Assembly: GCA_043803225.1 (NCBI GenBank)
Contig: JAZDKF010000027.1
Coordinates: 22,406 to 86,405, forward strand
DNA length: 64,000 nucleotides
Origin: Candidatus Beckwithbacteria bacterium
GTDB taxonomy: Bacteria; Patescibacteriota; Microgenomatia; UBA1400; CG1-02-47-37
Direction: 5' to 3'
Part shown: piece after piece, positions 1 to 9,115 of the stretch
How positions within the stretch are numbered: position 1 is the first letter of the stretch
Layout of the letters: every line of letters starts with the position of its first letter
The notes under the pieces: model-generated
Told to the model about the DNA's origin: nothing
What the model saw: only the letters and a program-made list of their open reading frames with translations
The model's database searches: none
Translations under genes and position numbers: made by a program

Positions 1-1
1 G

Positions 2-802
2 GCCACTTTAGAAAATGCAGTAAATTATGCATGGAATAAAGGGGTTGTAGTTGTCGCCGCGGCCGGAAATTCAAACGACTCATCTTATACATATCCGGCT
101 GCATACACAAATTCCATGGCTGTGGCGGCGACTGACAATCAGGATAAAAGAGCATATTTTTCAAGTTATGGTTGGCAATGGGTAGATGTAGCCGCGCCAG
201 GCGTTTTCGTTTACTCAACTTGGAAGAATTCCTCAAGTCATTATGACCCGCAACCTGAATGTGATTTAACCGTTTGTTATAAATACGCTTCCGGCACTTC
301 CATGTCAACACCAATAGTAGCCGGAGTTGCCGGATTGGTCTGGACATCCAATTATAACCAGTCAGCAGCTTCGGTTAGAGCACGAATAGAATCAACGGCG
401 GATAAGATTTCCGGAACGGGAACGTACTGGTCAGCCGGCAGGGTAAATGCGGCAAATGCAGTTTTACTATCTACCTCTCCATCTCCCACACCTAGTCCAA
501 CCCCCACTCCCAATCCAGCGGACACTCAACCGCCAACAGTTTCCATTACCTATCCGGCAAACGGCAGTTTGGTTCCCAGAGGCAAAAGAATCACTATTTC
601 TGCAAGTGCAGCTGATAACGTAGGAGTTAAAAAAGTTGACTTTTATATTAATAATAATTTCTTAAGGACGGATACAACAAAGCCTTACACAGCCTCCTGG
701 CGGGTTCCAAACACAAGGGATGTTGTCTATACAATTAAAGCAACAGCATCTGACACATCAAATAACACCGGACAAACAAGTATTTCCGTTACTTCCCGTT
801 AA
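2..802 (+). CDS. Subtilisin-like (S8) serine protease, C-terminal part, 5' partial. Protease core is followed by a Pro/Thr/Ser linker and an Ig-like/bacterial Ig domain.
   Basis: The frame is open from nt 2. 'VVVAAAGNSN' resembles the subtilase Asn/oxyanion region and 'GTSMSTPIVAGVAGLV' is the canonical S8 catalytic-Ser motif. A 'PSPTPSPTPTPNP' linker leads to a beta-rich tail. The ORF track starts at 116 but translation continues upstream to the window edge. Confidence 0.75.
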   Translation, partial: ATLENAVNYAWNKGVVVVAAAGNSNDSSYTYPAAYTNSMAVAATDNQDKRAYFSSYGWQWVDVAAPGVFVYSTWKNSSSHYDPQPECDLTVCYKYASGTSMSTPIVAGVAGLVWTSNYNQSAASVRARIESTADKISGTGTYWSAGRVNAANAVLLSTSPSPTPSPTPTPNPADTQPPTVSITYPANGSLVPRGKRITISASAADNVGVKKVDFYINNNFLRTDTTKPYTASWRVPNTRDVVYTIKATASDTSNNTGQTSISVTSR

Positions 803-1127
803 GAATTTTTTTGGCTTTTGGTTTAATGGTGAGAATTTCTAGAATTTTGTCGAGCTTGCAGTTGATGGATTCAAGCTGTTCGTTTTTTGGCGATTTAAAA
901 TCTGGTCTTCTTGAATGGCCACCGCCACCATTTTGTTCAAAACAGTCACGGCAATAAACCGGTTTGCTGCCGGTTGGTTCAAAGGGAACTTCACAGTCCT
1001 TGCCGCAATTGCTGCAGACAGCATGATGCATTTGCCTGTCTCTAAAACCACCACGGCCAAAGTCTCTTCTTGGACCCGATGGTCGGCTATTACGATTAAA
1101 ATTTCCCATACAGCTGTAGTTTAACAT
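789..1127 (-). CDS. Small zinc-ribbon protein (CxxC...CxxC) with an RGG/RG-rich basic N-terminal region; hypothetical.
   Basis: Shows 'CSNCGKDC...PVYCRDC' paired Cys motifs and an 'RPSGPRRDFGRGGFRDR' low-complexity basic stretch. No recognisable enzymatic motif. Confidence 0.4.
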   Translation of the reverse strand: MLNYSCMGNFNRNSRPSGPRRDFGRGGFRDRQMHHAVCSNCGKDCEVPFEPTGSKPVYCRDCFEQNGGGGHSRRPDFKSPKNEQLESINCKLDKILEILTIKPKAKKILNGK

Positions 1128-1131
1128 ATTA

Positions 1132-1728
1132 TTGATGAAATTTGATATTATGTTTTATATGAATAATATTTTGCAAACCCAAGAAAACTTGCTGAGAGCG
1201 TTTAGCGGCGAGTCACAGGCAAGAAATAAATATAATGTGTTTGCCAAGATGGCGAGGAAAGAAAACTGGGAATGGATTGCCAGGGTATTTGAAGAAACTG
1301 CAGATAATGAACGAGCTCATGCCGAAGAATTGTTCGAGCAAATAGAAAAACCGATATTTAAAGTTCCGACCGAGCTGGAAATTAAACCTTTTAGCCAAAC
1401 TTTAGATAATCTTAAAACAGCGGCTGAAGGGGAGAAGTATGAGTGGACAAAAATGTATCCGGAGTTTGAAAAGATCGCTCTGCAAGAGAAGCAACCGGAG
1501 GCAGTACGGCTATTCGGCCAGTTAAAGAAAGTGGAAGAAAAACATGAGGAAAGATATCTAATTATTGCCAGGAAGTTAGACAACAAAACTTTATATGATT
1601 CGGATACAGAATTGGAGTGGAAATGCGTTAACTGCGGTTATATCCACAAGGGCAAGCGGCCGCCGGAAAAATGCCCGGTATGTAAAAAACCAATGACTTG
1701 GTATATGCCGTTGGGTTTGGTAAGATAA
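1132..1728 (+). CDS. rbr: Rubrerythrin (ferritin-like di-iron domain plus C-terminal rubredoxin-like CxxC...CxxC).
   Basis: ExxH-containing helices ('ERAHAEE') are followed by a C-terminal 'CVNCGY...CPVCKK' rubredoxin-type zinc/iron ribbon. The ~190 aa size is typical. Confidence 0.75.
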   Translation: MMKFDIMFYMNNILQTQENLLRAFSGESQARNKYNVFAKMARKENWEWIARVFEETADNERAHAEELFEQIEKPIFKVPTELEIKPFSQTLDNLKTAAEGEKYEWTKMYPEFEKIALQEKQPEAVRLFGQLKKVEEKHEERYLIIARKLDNKTLYDSDTELEWKCVNCGYIHKGKRPPEKCPVCKKPMTWYMPLGLVR

Positions 1729-1732
1729 CAAA

Positions 1733-2374
1733 ATGAATACAGTGCGGTGGTTAATTGATTTTATCTTGCATATTGATGTGCATTTGGGTGAGCTGATTAG
1801 CCATTATGGACTGCTAACTTATGTAATTTTATGGATAATTATTTTTATTGAAACCGGTTTGGTGTTCACGCCGTTTTTACCCGGAGATTCACTGTTGTTT
1901 GCGGCCGGAGCTTTGGCAGCCTTAGGATCGTTTAATTTATGGCTGCTTTTGGGATTATTAATAACAGCGGCAGTGGTGGGTGATACAGTAAATTACTGGA
2001 TTGGCCATTTTTTCGGAGAGAAACTGATAGCTAATCCCAAACTACCGATAAAAAAAGAACATATTGATAAAACTAAGGCCTTTTTTGATAAACATGGAGG
2101 TAAGACGATAATTTTGGCCAGGTTTGTACCGATGGTGAGGACATTTGCGCCGTTTGTGGCCGGAATCGGCAAGATGCATTACCGGAACTTTATTTCATTT
2201 AATATCATCGGCGGGGTTGCCTGGGTGCTGCTGTTTACTTTGGCCGGATTTTTCTTTGGCAATTTACCCGGAGTAAAGCATAATTTTTCTTTGGTAATTA
2301 TGGGAATTATTTTAGTCTCAGTGCTGCCGATGGTAATCGAGGCAGTTAAACATAAGTTATGCAAAAAGGTTTAA
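1733..2374 (+). CDS. DedA/SNARE-associated (TVP38) family membrane protein.
   Basis: Shows the '[26 protein letters not shown]' hallmark of DedA proteins and multiple TM helices. Confidence 0.7.
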   Translation: MNTVRWLIDFILHIDVHLGELISHYGLLTYVILWIIIFIETGLVFTPFLPGDSLLFAAGALAALGSFNLWLLLGLLITAAVVGDTVNYWIGHFFGEKLIANPKLPIKKEHIDKTKAFFDKHGGKTIILARFVPMVRTFAPFVAGIGKMHYRNFISFNIIGGVAWVLLFTLAGFFFGNLPGVKHNFSLVIMGIILVSVLPMVIEAVKHKLCKKV

Positions 2375-2802
2375 AGTTAATTGGAGCAATTGTGGTTTGT
2401 CAGCTGGTGGGCGGATTGGGGGCTTTGGTTACAACTCCGGCGATCAGCGGTTGGTATGCGGATTTGATTAAGCCAAGTTTTAATCCACCTAACTGGATTT
2501 TCGGCCCGGTATGGATAGGATTGTATCTATTGATGGGAATAGCATGGTGGCGGGCTGATAAAGCCGGCAATAAATTATTTTTAGGGCAACTAGGAGTGAA
2601 TTGGCTCTGGTCAATGGTTTTTTTCGGTTTAAAGCAGCCGTGGTTTGGGGTCGGGGTAATCGTAATTTTGTGGGGATTAATTTGGTTAACAATGAAAAAA
2701 TTTATGCGGTTAAGCCGGCTAGCGGGTTGGCTATTATTGCCATATTTATTGTGGGTTAGTTTTGCTACAATATTAAACATTGCGGTCGCAATTTTAAATT
2801 AA
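2359..2802 (+). CDS. tspO: TspO/MBR (tryptophan-rich sensory protein) family membrane protein.
   Basis: Trp-rich 5-TM protein with '[33 protein letters not shown]', matching TspO conserved motifs. Confidence 0.65.
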   Translation: MQKGLKLIGAIVVCQLVGGLGALVTTPAISGWYADLIKPSFNPPNWIFGPVWIGLYLLMGIAWWRADKAGNKLFLGQLGVNWLWSMVFFGLKQPWFGVGVIVILWGLIWLTMKKFMRLSRLAGWLLLPYLLWVSFATILNIAVAILN

Positions 2803-2803
2803 A

Positions 2804-3403
2804 ATGAATCAATTTTACAAACCAGATGAGAGTTTACAAGTAATCGAGGGAGTGTATAAGACGGGAATTGGCGGACTGTGGTATTTGGCGCGAAAACAGT
2901 TTGAGGATGAACGGGGATTTTTTGCCGAGATAGCCCATATTTACAAGCTGGAAAAGTTGACCGGAAAGCCATTTATAGTTAAGCAGGTTAACTATTCAAG
3001 ATCACTGACAAATGTAGTCAGAGGTATGCATGCTGAAGAGTGGAAGAAGATGATTATGGTAACGAACGGGCTGGCATTTTGCGCCCTGGCAGATATTCGG
3101 CCAAGATCAGAGACATTTGGAAGAGTGGTTAACTTTGAGTTAGGAGAGGAAAGTTTGGACGGCTCGTTGTTTGTGGAAGAAGGGATTGCCAACTCTTTTT
3201 GCGTGGTAAAAGGGCCAGTGGACTATATATATTTTGTTGACCGATTGTACGCCGAACGGGATCCAAAAGGAGATGTGGCGATTTCGTTATTTGACCCGGA
3301 TTTAAAGATTGAGTGGCCTTTGAAAAAGGAAGAGATGGTTTTATCCCAAAGGGATAAGAATGCGGTGAGTTTAAGAGACAGGTTTCCGGATAAGTTTAAG
3401 TGA
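2804..3403 (+). CDS. Cupin of the dTDP-4-dehydrorhamnose 3,5-epimerase (RmlC)-like family.
   Basis: 'FEDERGFFAE' and 'RGMHAEEW' resemble RmlC motifs ('DxRGxF', 'RGLH'). Size is ~190 aa. Confidence 0.5.
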   Translation: MNQFYKPDESLQVIEGVYKTGIGGLWYLARKQFEDERGFFAEIAHIYKLEKLTGKPFIVKQVNYSRSLTNVVRGMHAEEWKKMIMVTNGLAFCALADIRPRSETFGRVVNFELGEESLDGSLFVEEGIANSFCVVKGPVDYIYFVDRLYAERDPKGDVAISLFDPDLKIEWPLKKEEMVLSQRDKNAVSLRDRFPDKFK

Positions 3404-3781
3404 GATAATAAAGAGAGTGAGCATAATTAACTGGCAAGCCAGGCAGACCGGGCAGTAAACTTTTTCAACCAATAGTTCCAGCAAAGTGAGCCGGAGACAA
3501 AAAATCATCCCGAAAGTTGACATAAATAGATGGAGTTTTTTAAAGCGCATTAGGGAGGCGTAAAGGATAAAGATGTAGCCGATGAGGCCGATCAGGGAAA
3601 CAGGAATAGAAAGGATTTCAGCTAAGGCCCCTTTGGTAACGGCATCACAGTTAACCGTCGGGCTGATATCGCACAGGCCGGAAGGATTGGGAGAAAGATA
3701 GGAATAAAAAAGATAGATCGCCAGAACAATGCCGATTGAAGAGAGGACAGCAGAAGTTTTCCAAATATTTTTAGGTGACAC
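3371..3781 (-). CDS. Vitamin K epoxide reductase (VKOR) family thiol-disulfide oxidoreductase, membrane.
   Basis: 4 TM segments. A loop Cys pair ('CDISPTVNC') plus a TM-embedded 'CPVC' motif match the VKOR CxxC redox centre architecture. Confidence 0.6.
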   Translation of the reverse strand: MSPKNIWKTSAVLSSIGIVLAIYLFYSYLSPNPSGLCDISPTVNCDAVTKGALAEILSIPVSLIGLIGYIFILYASLMRFKKLHLFMSTFGMIFCLRLTLLELLVEKVYCPVCLACQLIMLTLFIISLKLIRKPVS

Positions 3782-3924
3782 GGATTGATTATGCTAGATT
3801 TATTTACTGCTGGCAAGTGGGAGTTAATTCCTGTACAATCGGGGAGTAAGTTTTTTGTGCAGTAGTCAATTGGTCGCCAGTTAGGTCGCCCATGAGATTC
3901 TGCGGGAAGGGGGGTGAGTAATAA

Positions 3925-4206
3925 ATGAATAAATTATATGTAGGCAATCTTAGCTATGATGTAACTGGAGATCAGTTAGGTACTTTATTTGCCCAAGCCG
4001 GGCAAGTGGTTAGCGCGATTGTAATTTCTGATAGAAATACCGGCCGGTCTAAAGGCTTTGGTTTTGTGGAAATGAGTTCAGCTGAAGAAGCGAAAAAAGC
4101 AATTGAAATGTTTAACGATCAAGATTTTGAAGGCAGAAAATTAAGAGTTAACGAAGCCCGACCGCAAGAACCCAGACAAGATTTTGGTCCAAGAAGGGAT
4201 AATTAA
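3925..4206 (+). CDS. RRM-type RNA-binding protein.
   Basis: RNP-2 'LYVGNL' and RNP-1 'KGFGFVEM' motifs; ~90 aa single RRM with an RG-rich tail. Confidence 0.8.
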   Translation: MNKLYVGNLSYDVTGDQLGTLFAQAGQVVSAIVISDRNTGRSKGFGFVEMSSAEEAKKAIEMFNDQDFEGRKLRVNEARPQEPRQDFGPRRDN

Positions 4207-4208
4207 TT

Positions 4209-4598
4209 GTGACTGGAAAAACTAAAGTATTATTAACTTTAGCCACGCTTGGTTTAGCTGTTTTGCCGGTAATTATCTGGGCGAAGTTAAGTTTTCGCCC
4301 AGAGACGGCAGGCCAATATAATAATCTAGCGAAATGTTTGGCGGAAAAAAAGGCAGTAATGTACGGAGCTTATTGGTGCAGCCACTGTCAAGCGGTGAAA
4401 AAAGAATTTGGCCAATCCTGGCAGTATATAAAGTATGTAGAGTGTTCGGTTACAGGCAGCCAGGAACAAGCGCCAGCATGCAAGGAAGCGGGAATTAAGA
4501 GTTATCCGACCTGGGTGTTAAGTGATGGAGAGAGATTGGAAGGTCAAGTTAAAATAACAGATTTAGCAAATAAAAGCGGGTGCCAGGAGGCATTATGA
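4209..4598 (+). CDS. Membrane-anchored thioredoxin-fold protein (CxxC = 'CSHC'); likely extracytoplasmic disulfide oxidoreductase.
   Basis: N-terminal TM or signal anchor, 'YGAYWCSHCQAVKKEFG' thioredoxin-like active site and a second Cys pair. The stop overlaps the next start (ATGA). Confidence 0.55.
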   Translation: MTGKTKVLLTLATLGLAVLPVIIWAKLSFRPETAGQYNNLAKCLAEKKAVMYGAYWCSHCQAVKKEFGQSWQYIKYVECSVTGSQEQAPACKEAGIKSYPTWVLSDGERLEGQVKITDLANKSGCQEAL

Positions 4599-5107
4599 AA
4601 AAATTTTTAGTAATTTTAGCAGCCGGAGTGTTACTGACAGGTTGTGTGAAGAAAACCGGGACAATTGGAACCGGGCAAAATAAAGTGGAAGAGTTTACCG
4701 GTAATTTAAAAGAAGCGATGGCAAAGAATTTACCGATGAAGTGCGAGTGGAAACAGAACAATAACAGCGGTGCGTCATATGTTAAGGGCGACGATATTTA
4801 TGTGGAGACTATAGTCGACGGTAAAAACGGGTTTATAATTATGAAAGATAACTGTATGTGGAGCTGGGGTGACCAGATGGAGCAGGGAGTGAAGTTTTGC
4901 AGCGAACCGACAGAGGTTGAGGTTAATGAAGATATTAAAAATCAGACAGGCGAGGATAAAGCCGAAGGGGTGGATTGGCAGATGGAATATAAATGCGCGC
5001 CAGCGATCTTTGGCGAGGAGAAGTTTACTCCACCGGCTGGAGTGAAGTTTACGGATATGGACGAGATGCTGCAGGGGTTGGGTAATCCTGGCTCAGACCA
5101 AGAATAA
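4595..5107 (+). CDS. Lipoprotein, hypothetical.
   Basis: Start moved to 'MKKFLVILAAGVLLTGC' (lipobox L-T-G-C). No known domain recognised. Confidence 0.45.
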   Translation: MKKFLVILAAGVLLTGCVKKTGTIGTGQNKVEEFTGNLKEAMAKNLPMKCEWKQNNNSGASYVKGDDIYVETIVDGKNGFIIMKDNCMWSWGDQMEQGVKFCSEPTEVEVNEDIKNQTGEDKAEGVDWQMEYKCAPAIFGEEKFTPPAGVKFTDMDEMLQGLGNPGSDQE

Positions 5108-5114
5108 AATAATC

Positions 5115-5522
5115 ATGAAGAAATGGTTATTTGGTTTGGGGTTGGTAATTTTAGTGGGGATGGTTTTAGGGAGAGAATTAACCGTAGGAAAGGTTAAACT
5201 GGCAGTGGAAGTGCGCGACACAGAAGCGGAGAGAAGCCAAGGTTTATCCGGACGAGAAAAGCTAGGAGAAGATGAGGGGATGCTGTTTGTGTTTGAGAGT
5301 CCGGGAATCCACGGGTTTTGGATGAAAGAGATGAAGTTTGACTTGGATTTTGTCTGGATTTTGGATGATCGCGTGGTAGAGGTGACGGAAAAGGTGGCAG
5401 CGCCAAAAGCGGGCGAGGAACCAATAAACATCAAGCCAAGCCAGCCTGTCAACAAGGTACTGGAAGTAAACAGCGGGTTTGCGGCCAGGCACAAAATTAT
5501 GGTTGGGGATGAGGTAAAATGA
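5115..5522 (+). CDS. DUF192 (COG1430) family protein, secreted.
   Basis: Signal anchor, then 'GLSGRE...EGMLFVF...FWMKEMKFDLDFVW' matching the DUF192 signature. Confidence 0.6.
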   Translation: MKKWLFGLGLVILVGMVLGRELTVGKVKLAVEVRDTEAERSQGLSGREKLGEDEGMLFVFESPGIHGFWMKEMKFDLDFVWILDDRVVEVTEKVAAPKAGEEPINIKPSQPVNKVLEVNSGFAARHKIMVGDEVK

Positions 5523-5526
5523 GGAG

Positions 5527-6330
5527 ATGAATTTATTTCAAACAGCAGAATATTTACAGATATTTACCAGGCATTTTTGCCAAGAAAAAGACATTGTTGA
5601 GGAGGTATGGGAAAAGTACCAAGGAGGATTAATTTTACTAGGAATGAAGCCGGTGCTTAATGGCCAGGAAGTCAGCGATTACGCTAAGACGGATATAAAA
5701 GATTTACCGAAAGGATTTAAAACAATTCAGCTGGATTATGTCAGGGAGGACTGCCAGACTTTTAATAGCCTACGAGGAGACTCCTTGAAGGTTGAGAAAC
5801 AAGAGGTCGCACCTTTTATTAATTTACCCAAGACCTTCGAGGAGTATTTAACTTCATTAAAGAGAAAGTATAGAAAAGAAATAAAAAGAAAGATAAAGCG
5901 GCTGGAAGAGGTGAAGTATGAAGCGGTGAAAGAAGACAACTTGGCTGAATTTATCCGGCTGCACCGGTTGTCTGATCCGGCTAAGGATAAGTTTATGAGC
6001 GAGCAGATGGCAGATTTTTTTAAGGATATGTTTGAAGCGAAAATTCCCGGCTGGGAGCAGCGACTGGATTTTTTAAAGATAGAAGGAAAGTATGCGGCGG
6101 GAATTTTAAGTTTTGTAAACGAGACAGAGTGGTGGTTGTATAACTCAGGTTTTGATCCGGCTTACAGCTACTTTAGCGCCGGAGTGAATTTAAAGGCATT
6201 AAGCATCAAGCAGGCAATTGAGACGGGGAAGACAAAGTATGATTTTTTAAGAGGCAATGAGCGGTATAAGTATGAACTGGGGGCGAAGGACTTACAGCTA
6301 TATAAGCTTTTACTGAAAAAAGTGATATAA
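5527..6330 (+). CDS. FemAB/BioF2/CelD-like GNAT-fold acetyltransferase (Acetyltransf_6-like).
   Basis: C-terminal 'YDFLRGNERYKYELGAKD' resembles the conserved BioF2/CelD-like motif. Size is ~267 aa. Confidence 0.45.
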   Translation: MNLFQTAEYLQIFTRHFCQEKDIVEEVWEKYQGGLILLGMKPVLNGQEVSDYAKTDIKDLPKGFKTIQLDYVREDCQTFNSLRGDSLKVEKQEVAPFINLPKTFEEYLTSLKRKYRKEIKRKIKRLEEVKYEAVKEDNLAEFIRLHRLSDPAKDKFMSEQMADFFKDMFEAKIPGWEQRLDFLKIEGKYAAGILSFVNETEWWLYNSGFDPAYSYFSAGVNLKALSIKQAIETGKTKYDFLRGNERYKYELGAKDLQLYKLLLKKVI

Positions 6331-6340
6331 TCGCTTTTAT

Positions 6341-6366
6341 CCTGCCTTAAGAAAGCAGGTTTTTTA
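6341..6366 (+). terminator. Rho-independent terminator.
   Basis: Stem 'cctgc' / 'gcagg' with loop 'cttaagaaa', followed by 'ttttttat'. The T-run abuts the next start codon. Confidence 0.55.
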
Positions 6367-6866
6367 TGGGAGAACAAGAGAGAACAAGAGTTAAAACAGG
6401 TTTAGCCAGAAGGGTGGATTTAAGCCAGGGAGGTTTATCGTATTCAGAAAGGCAGAGATTTGAACAGGCGGTGGGATTGCTTCAGCTAAATTCTACCGGG
6501 GATATCCAGGACTGGCTGCAAGTAATATTTAGATTGAACAAAGATAAAAGACAATGGTTCACGCTTGATGGAGATATTAGTGTAGAAATGACTCAGTGGG
6601 AAGATCTGAGCCAATCAGGAACTTTTTCGACAATAATTAGGATTCATAATATTTTACTGCCAAGACAAGATAGCAATGTTGTTTGGAAACATTTAGTCAG
6701 GCCAAAGGCAGAAGACCCTAACAAAGGCACTTTAAAATTTATTATTAATTCTAGAGGAGGTTACTGGGCGGCAGTGGAAAAGGGCGTAGTTGAGCAACAA
6801 GGATATAAAACCGACGGTATCGCCACTGTTGAAAATCTAGCGGCAATACTGGCAAAGGTAGAATAA
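6366..6866 (+). CDS. Hypothetical protein (cysteine-free).
   Basis: 166 aa ORF with consistent codon usage and no recognisable motif. Confidence 0.35.
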   Translation: MGEQERTRVKTGLARRVDLSQGGLSYSERQRFEQAVGLLQLNSTGDIQDWLQVIFRLNKDKRQWFTLDGDISVEMTQWEDLSQSGTFSTIIRIHNILLPRQDSNVVWKHLVRPKAEDPNKGTLKFIINSRGGYWAAVEKGVVEQQGYKTDGIATVENLAAILAKVE

Positions 6867-6870
6867 AATT

Positions 6871-8016
6871 ATGGTTTATGAAATATTGGCTAAATCAGAT
6901 AAACCAATGGAAGCCAAGTTAGAGTATTTATCGGCGATTCAGTCTGTTTTAGTGCCAGTTGGTGTTCAGGTAGGGGAAGGTTTAAAGCGTTATGGTTTGG
7001 AATTTGAGGTCGGGAGAACAGAAAAATTCGGTTTAGGTTTAGAAATAATAACCGCATCTCGATATAGAACGTGGCAGGAGTTTGGGGAATGGAAAGGGAA
7101 GGTAGTTGAAGGCAATAGTTGGCCGATTTTGTTAGTTTTGGGCGAAGGGATAAGCAGGGAGGCGGTAGGGAGTTTAAAGATAGACGAGTATGAAAGGTTT
7201 GCTGGAGAACAAGTTCCGGGAGGCCTAAATATTGAAAGGACAAACGATAGGGGAACAAAAAATACTTTATTATCGGCGAGCGTTGAAGCGAGAAGTGGAG
7301 AAGAATGGCATTTAAGAAGAAATGACAGGAATGGATTTTATGCAGTGTCGGTTAACCCTCGGTTGCTCGGAGACAGGAATGAAGTGAGGGTGTTGGCTTT
7401 GCTGTATCAACGAAAAGGTGACGGTTTGCAAATTATTCCATTTTCAGTGGAGACAACCGGCCAATTATTATGGCGATTGAAGACTATTAACTTATTTACC
7501 AGTTTAAATGAGGTGAAAGCAAGAATAGAGGTAGAAACAAAACCAGCAACTGTAAAAGCAAACAGGTTGGTGGATTTGAGCGAAGTCTGGTTGCCTGAAG
7601 GGTATGAATTTTTTGAAGCGGTTAGAGAAATTTTAAAAGCGGGTCCAGATGAATGGGTAAGAGACGGGGTGGTAGGAGAAAAATATAATGTTTCATGGGT
7701 GGATGCTCAAGGTCAGCCGGCAGTAACAGGAAAAGCGCATAAGGCGGGATATTTTGATAAAGAAAAAGTAGTTACCACTCATATTGCAGTGGAGATCGAG
7801 CAAGTTTCAGGATCGGCATTAACGGAAAGAAGGTTGAAATTGGCGGATTCCAAAGATGAGACGGTTAGGGTGAAAATTTTCCTATTGACAGATGGAACGA
7901 TAAAGATGGGAGTAGGCGAGTCTATGAGGGAAATTAAAGAGGTTGGGGAGAAAAAGTTTTGGAAAGCGGTATTAATGCAAATGAGGATTAGTAGTATTAG
8001 TCGAAACCGGCGGTGA
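6871..8016 (+). CDS. Hypothetical protein (381 aa, cysteine-free).
   Basis: Long ORF immediately downstream of the previous one, with an RBS-like 'aggag' upstream. No known motif recognised. Confidence 0.35.
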   Translation: MVYEILAKSDKPMEAKLEYLSAIQSVLVPVGVQVGEGLKRYGLEFEVGRTEKFGLGLEIITASRYRTWQEFGEWKGKVVEGNSWPILLVLGEGISREAVGSLKIDEYERFAGEQVPGGLNIERTNDRGTKNTLLSASVEARSGEEWHLRRNDRNGFYAVSVNPRLLGDRNEVRVLALLYQRKGDGLQIIPFSVETTGQLLWRLKTINLFTSLNEVKARIEVETKPATVKANRLVDLSEVWLPEGYEFFEAVREILKAGPDEWVRDGVVGEKYNVSWVDAQGQPAVTGKAHKAGYFDKEKVVTTHIAVEIEQVSGSALTERRLKLADSKDETVRVKIFLLTDGTIKMGVGESMREIKEVGEKKFWKAVLMQMRISSISRNRR

Positions 8017-8028
8017 TATACTGATTTT

Positions 8029-8226
8029 ATGTGTTTGGTGGTGCCGTTGAAGGTGATAAAAAAACAAAAAGATTTTTGGTTGATGGAAGACGGGAGAAGG
8101 GTAAGAAGTTTAGTCAAAAAAGTCAAGGCCGGGGACTATTTAATCTGCCAGCAGGATTTGGCTATTGAAAAAGTACCGGTCAGTAAGGCACAATTGATAA
8201 GAAATGCATTACAACAAGGGATTTAA
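8029..8226 (+). CDS. hypC: HypC/HybG/HupF family [NiFe]-hydrogenase maturation chaperone.
   Basis: N-terminus 'MCLVVPLKVI' (invariant Met-Cys-Leu/Ile-x-x-Pro of HypC). A central 'GDYLICQQDLAIEKV' aligns with HypC 'GDyvLvHvGfAie'. Size is 65 aa. Confidence 0.55.
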   Translation: MCLVVPLKVIKKQKDFWLMEDGRRVRSLVKKVKAGDYLICQQDLAIEKVPVSKAQLIRNALQQGI

Positions 8227-9115
8227 ACTAGCGTTGATAACGGCCGGATTTTCCGGAGTGGCGGTATTTTTAAACTCGCTGACAGTTAAGGTAGTTGGAG
8301 ATGCTTTAGTGTTTACGACGATAAAAAATCTAGGGGTAGGACTGCTTTTGCTGGGAGTGTTAATAAGAAAGAAAATTAACTGGGTGGAAGTGAAACAAAA
8401 TTGGAAACAGTTGGGACTGATCGGCATCATCGGCGGATCTTTAGCGTTTTACTTATTTTTTAAAGGTTTGATGCTAACTAGTCCAGTGATGGGAAGCATG
8501 ATTCATAAAACTCTGGTGCTGTGGGTGGGGCTGCTGGGATTTGGAGTATTAAAAGAACGGTTAAACTTAAAGCAGGGAATTGCGCTTGCGGGAGTGTTTG
8601 GGGCCAGTGCCTTAATGGGCGGGTTTAACGGTTGGAGCTGGGGCAAAGGAGAGACAATGATTTTAGCAGCAACGATTCTTTGGGCAGTAGAAAATATTTT
8701 AGCTAAAAAAGTATTGAGGAAAGTAAGTGTGGAAACAGTCGCCGGATCCAGGATGATAGTCGGGTCAATAATTTTATTGGCGGTGACTGTCAGCAGCGGG
8801 AAATTGGGCTTAATTTTAAACTTAAACGGCTGGCAGTGGGGAATGACTTTGGTGAGCATTGGGCTGCTTTCTGGCTATGTTTTAAGCTGGTATAAAGCTT
8901 TGTCATTGGCACCAGTGAGTTTAGTAGGGACGGTGCTTTCTTTAGGGAGCTTGATAACTTCGGGTTTAAATTCGGTCTTTATTACTCATTCTTTATCAAT
9001 CGAGTTGATTTATCAGACTTTGTTGCTGAGCATATTTTCTTACATTTTTGTAAAAGAGGCGCAAAAAAATGCAAGGTTTGTTAAGGTGCAGCCGTTACGG
9101 ATTAGCGCCAAATAA
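8204..9115 (+). CDS. EamA/DMT superfamily transporter (10 TM).
   Basis: Two repeated 5-TM halves typical of DMT/EamA; hydrophobic throughout. Confidence 0.55.
   Translation: MHYNKGFKLALITAGFSGVAVFLNSLTVKVVGDALVFTTIKNLGVGLLLLGVLIRKKINWVEVKQNWKQLGLIGIIGGSLAFYLFFKGLMLTSPVMGSMIHKTLVLWVGLLGFGVLKERLNLKQGIALAGVFGASALMGGFNGWSWGKGETMILAATILWAVENILAKKVLRKVSVETVAGSRMIVGSIILLAVTVSSGKLGLILNLNGWQWGMTLVSIGLLSGYVLSWYKALSLAPVSLVGTVLSLGSLITSGLNSVFITHSLSIELIYQTLLLSIFSYIFVKEAQKNARFVKVQPLRISAK

Noticed and set aside
839-1124. Overlapping small ORFs 839-1060 (-) and 915-1124 (+)
   Set aside because: Shadow frames inside or opposite the zinc-ribbon gene. They are low-complexity and have no RBS.
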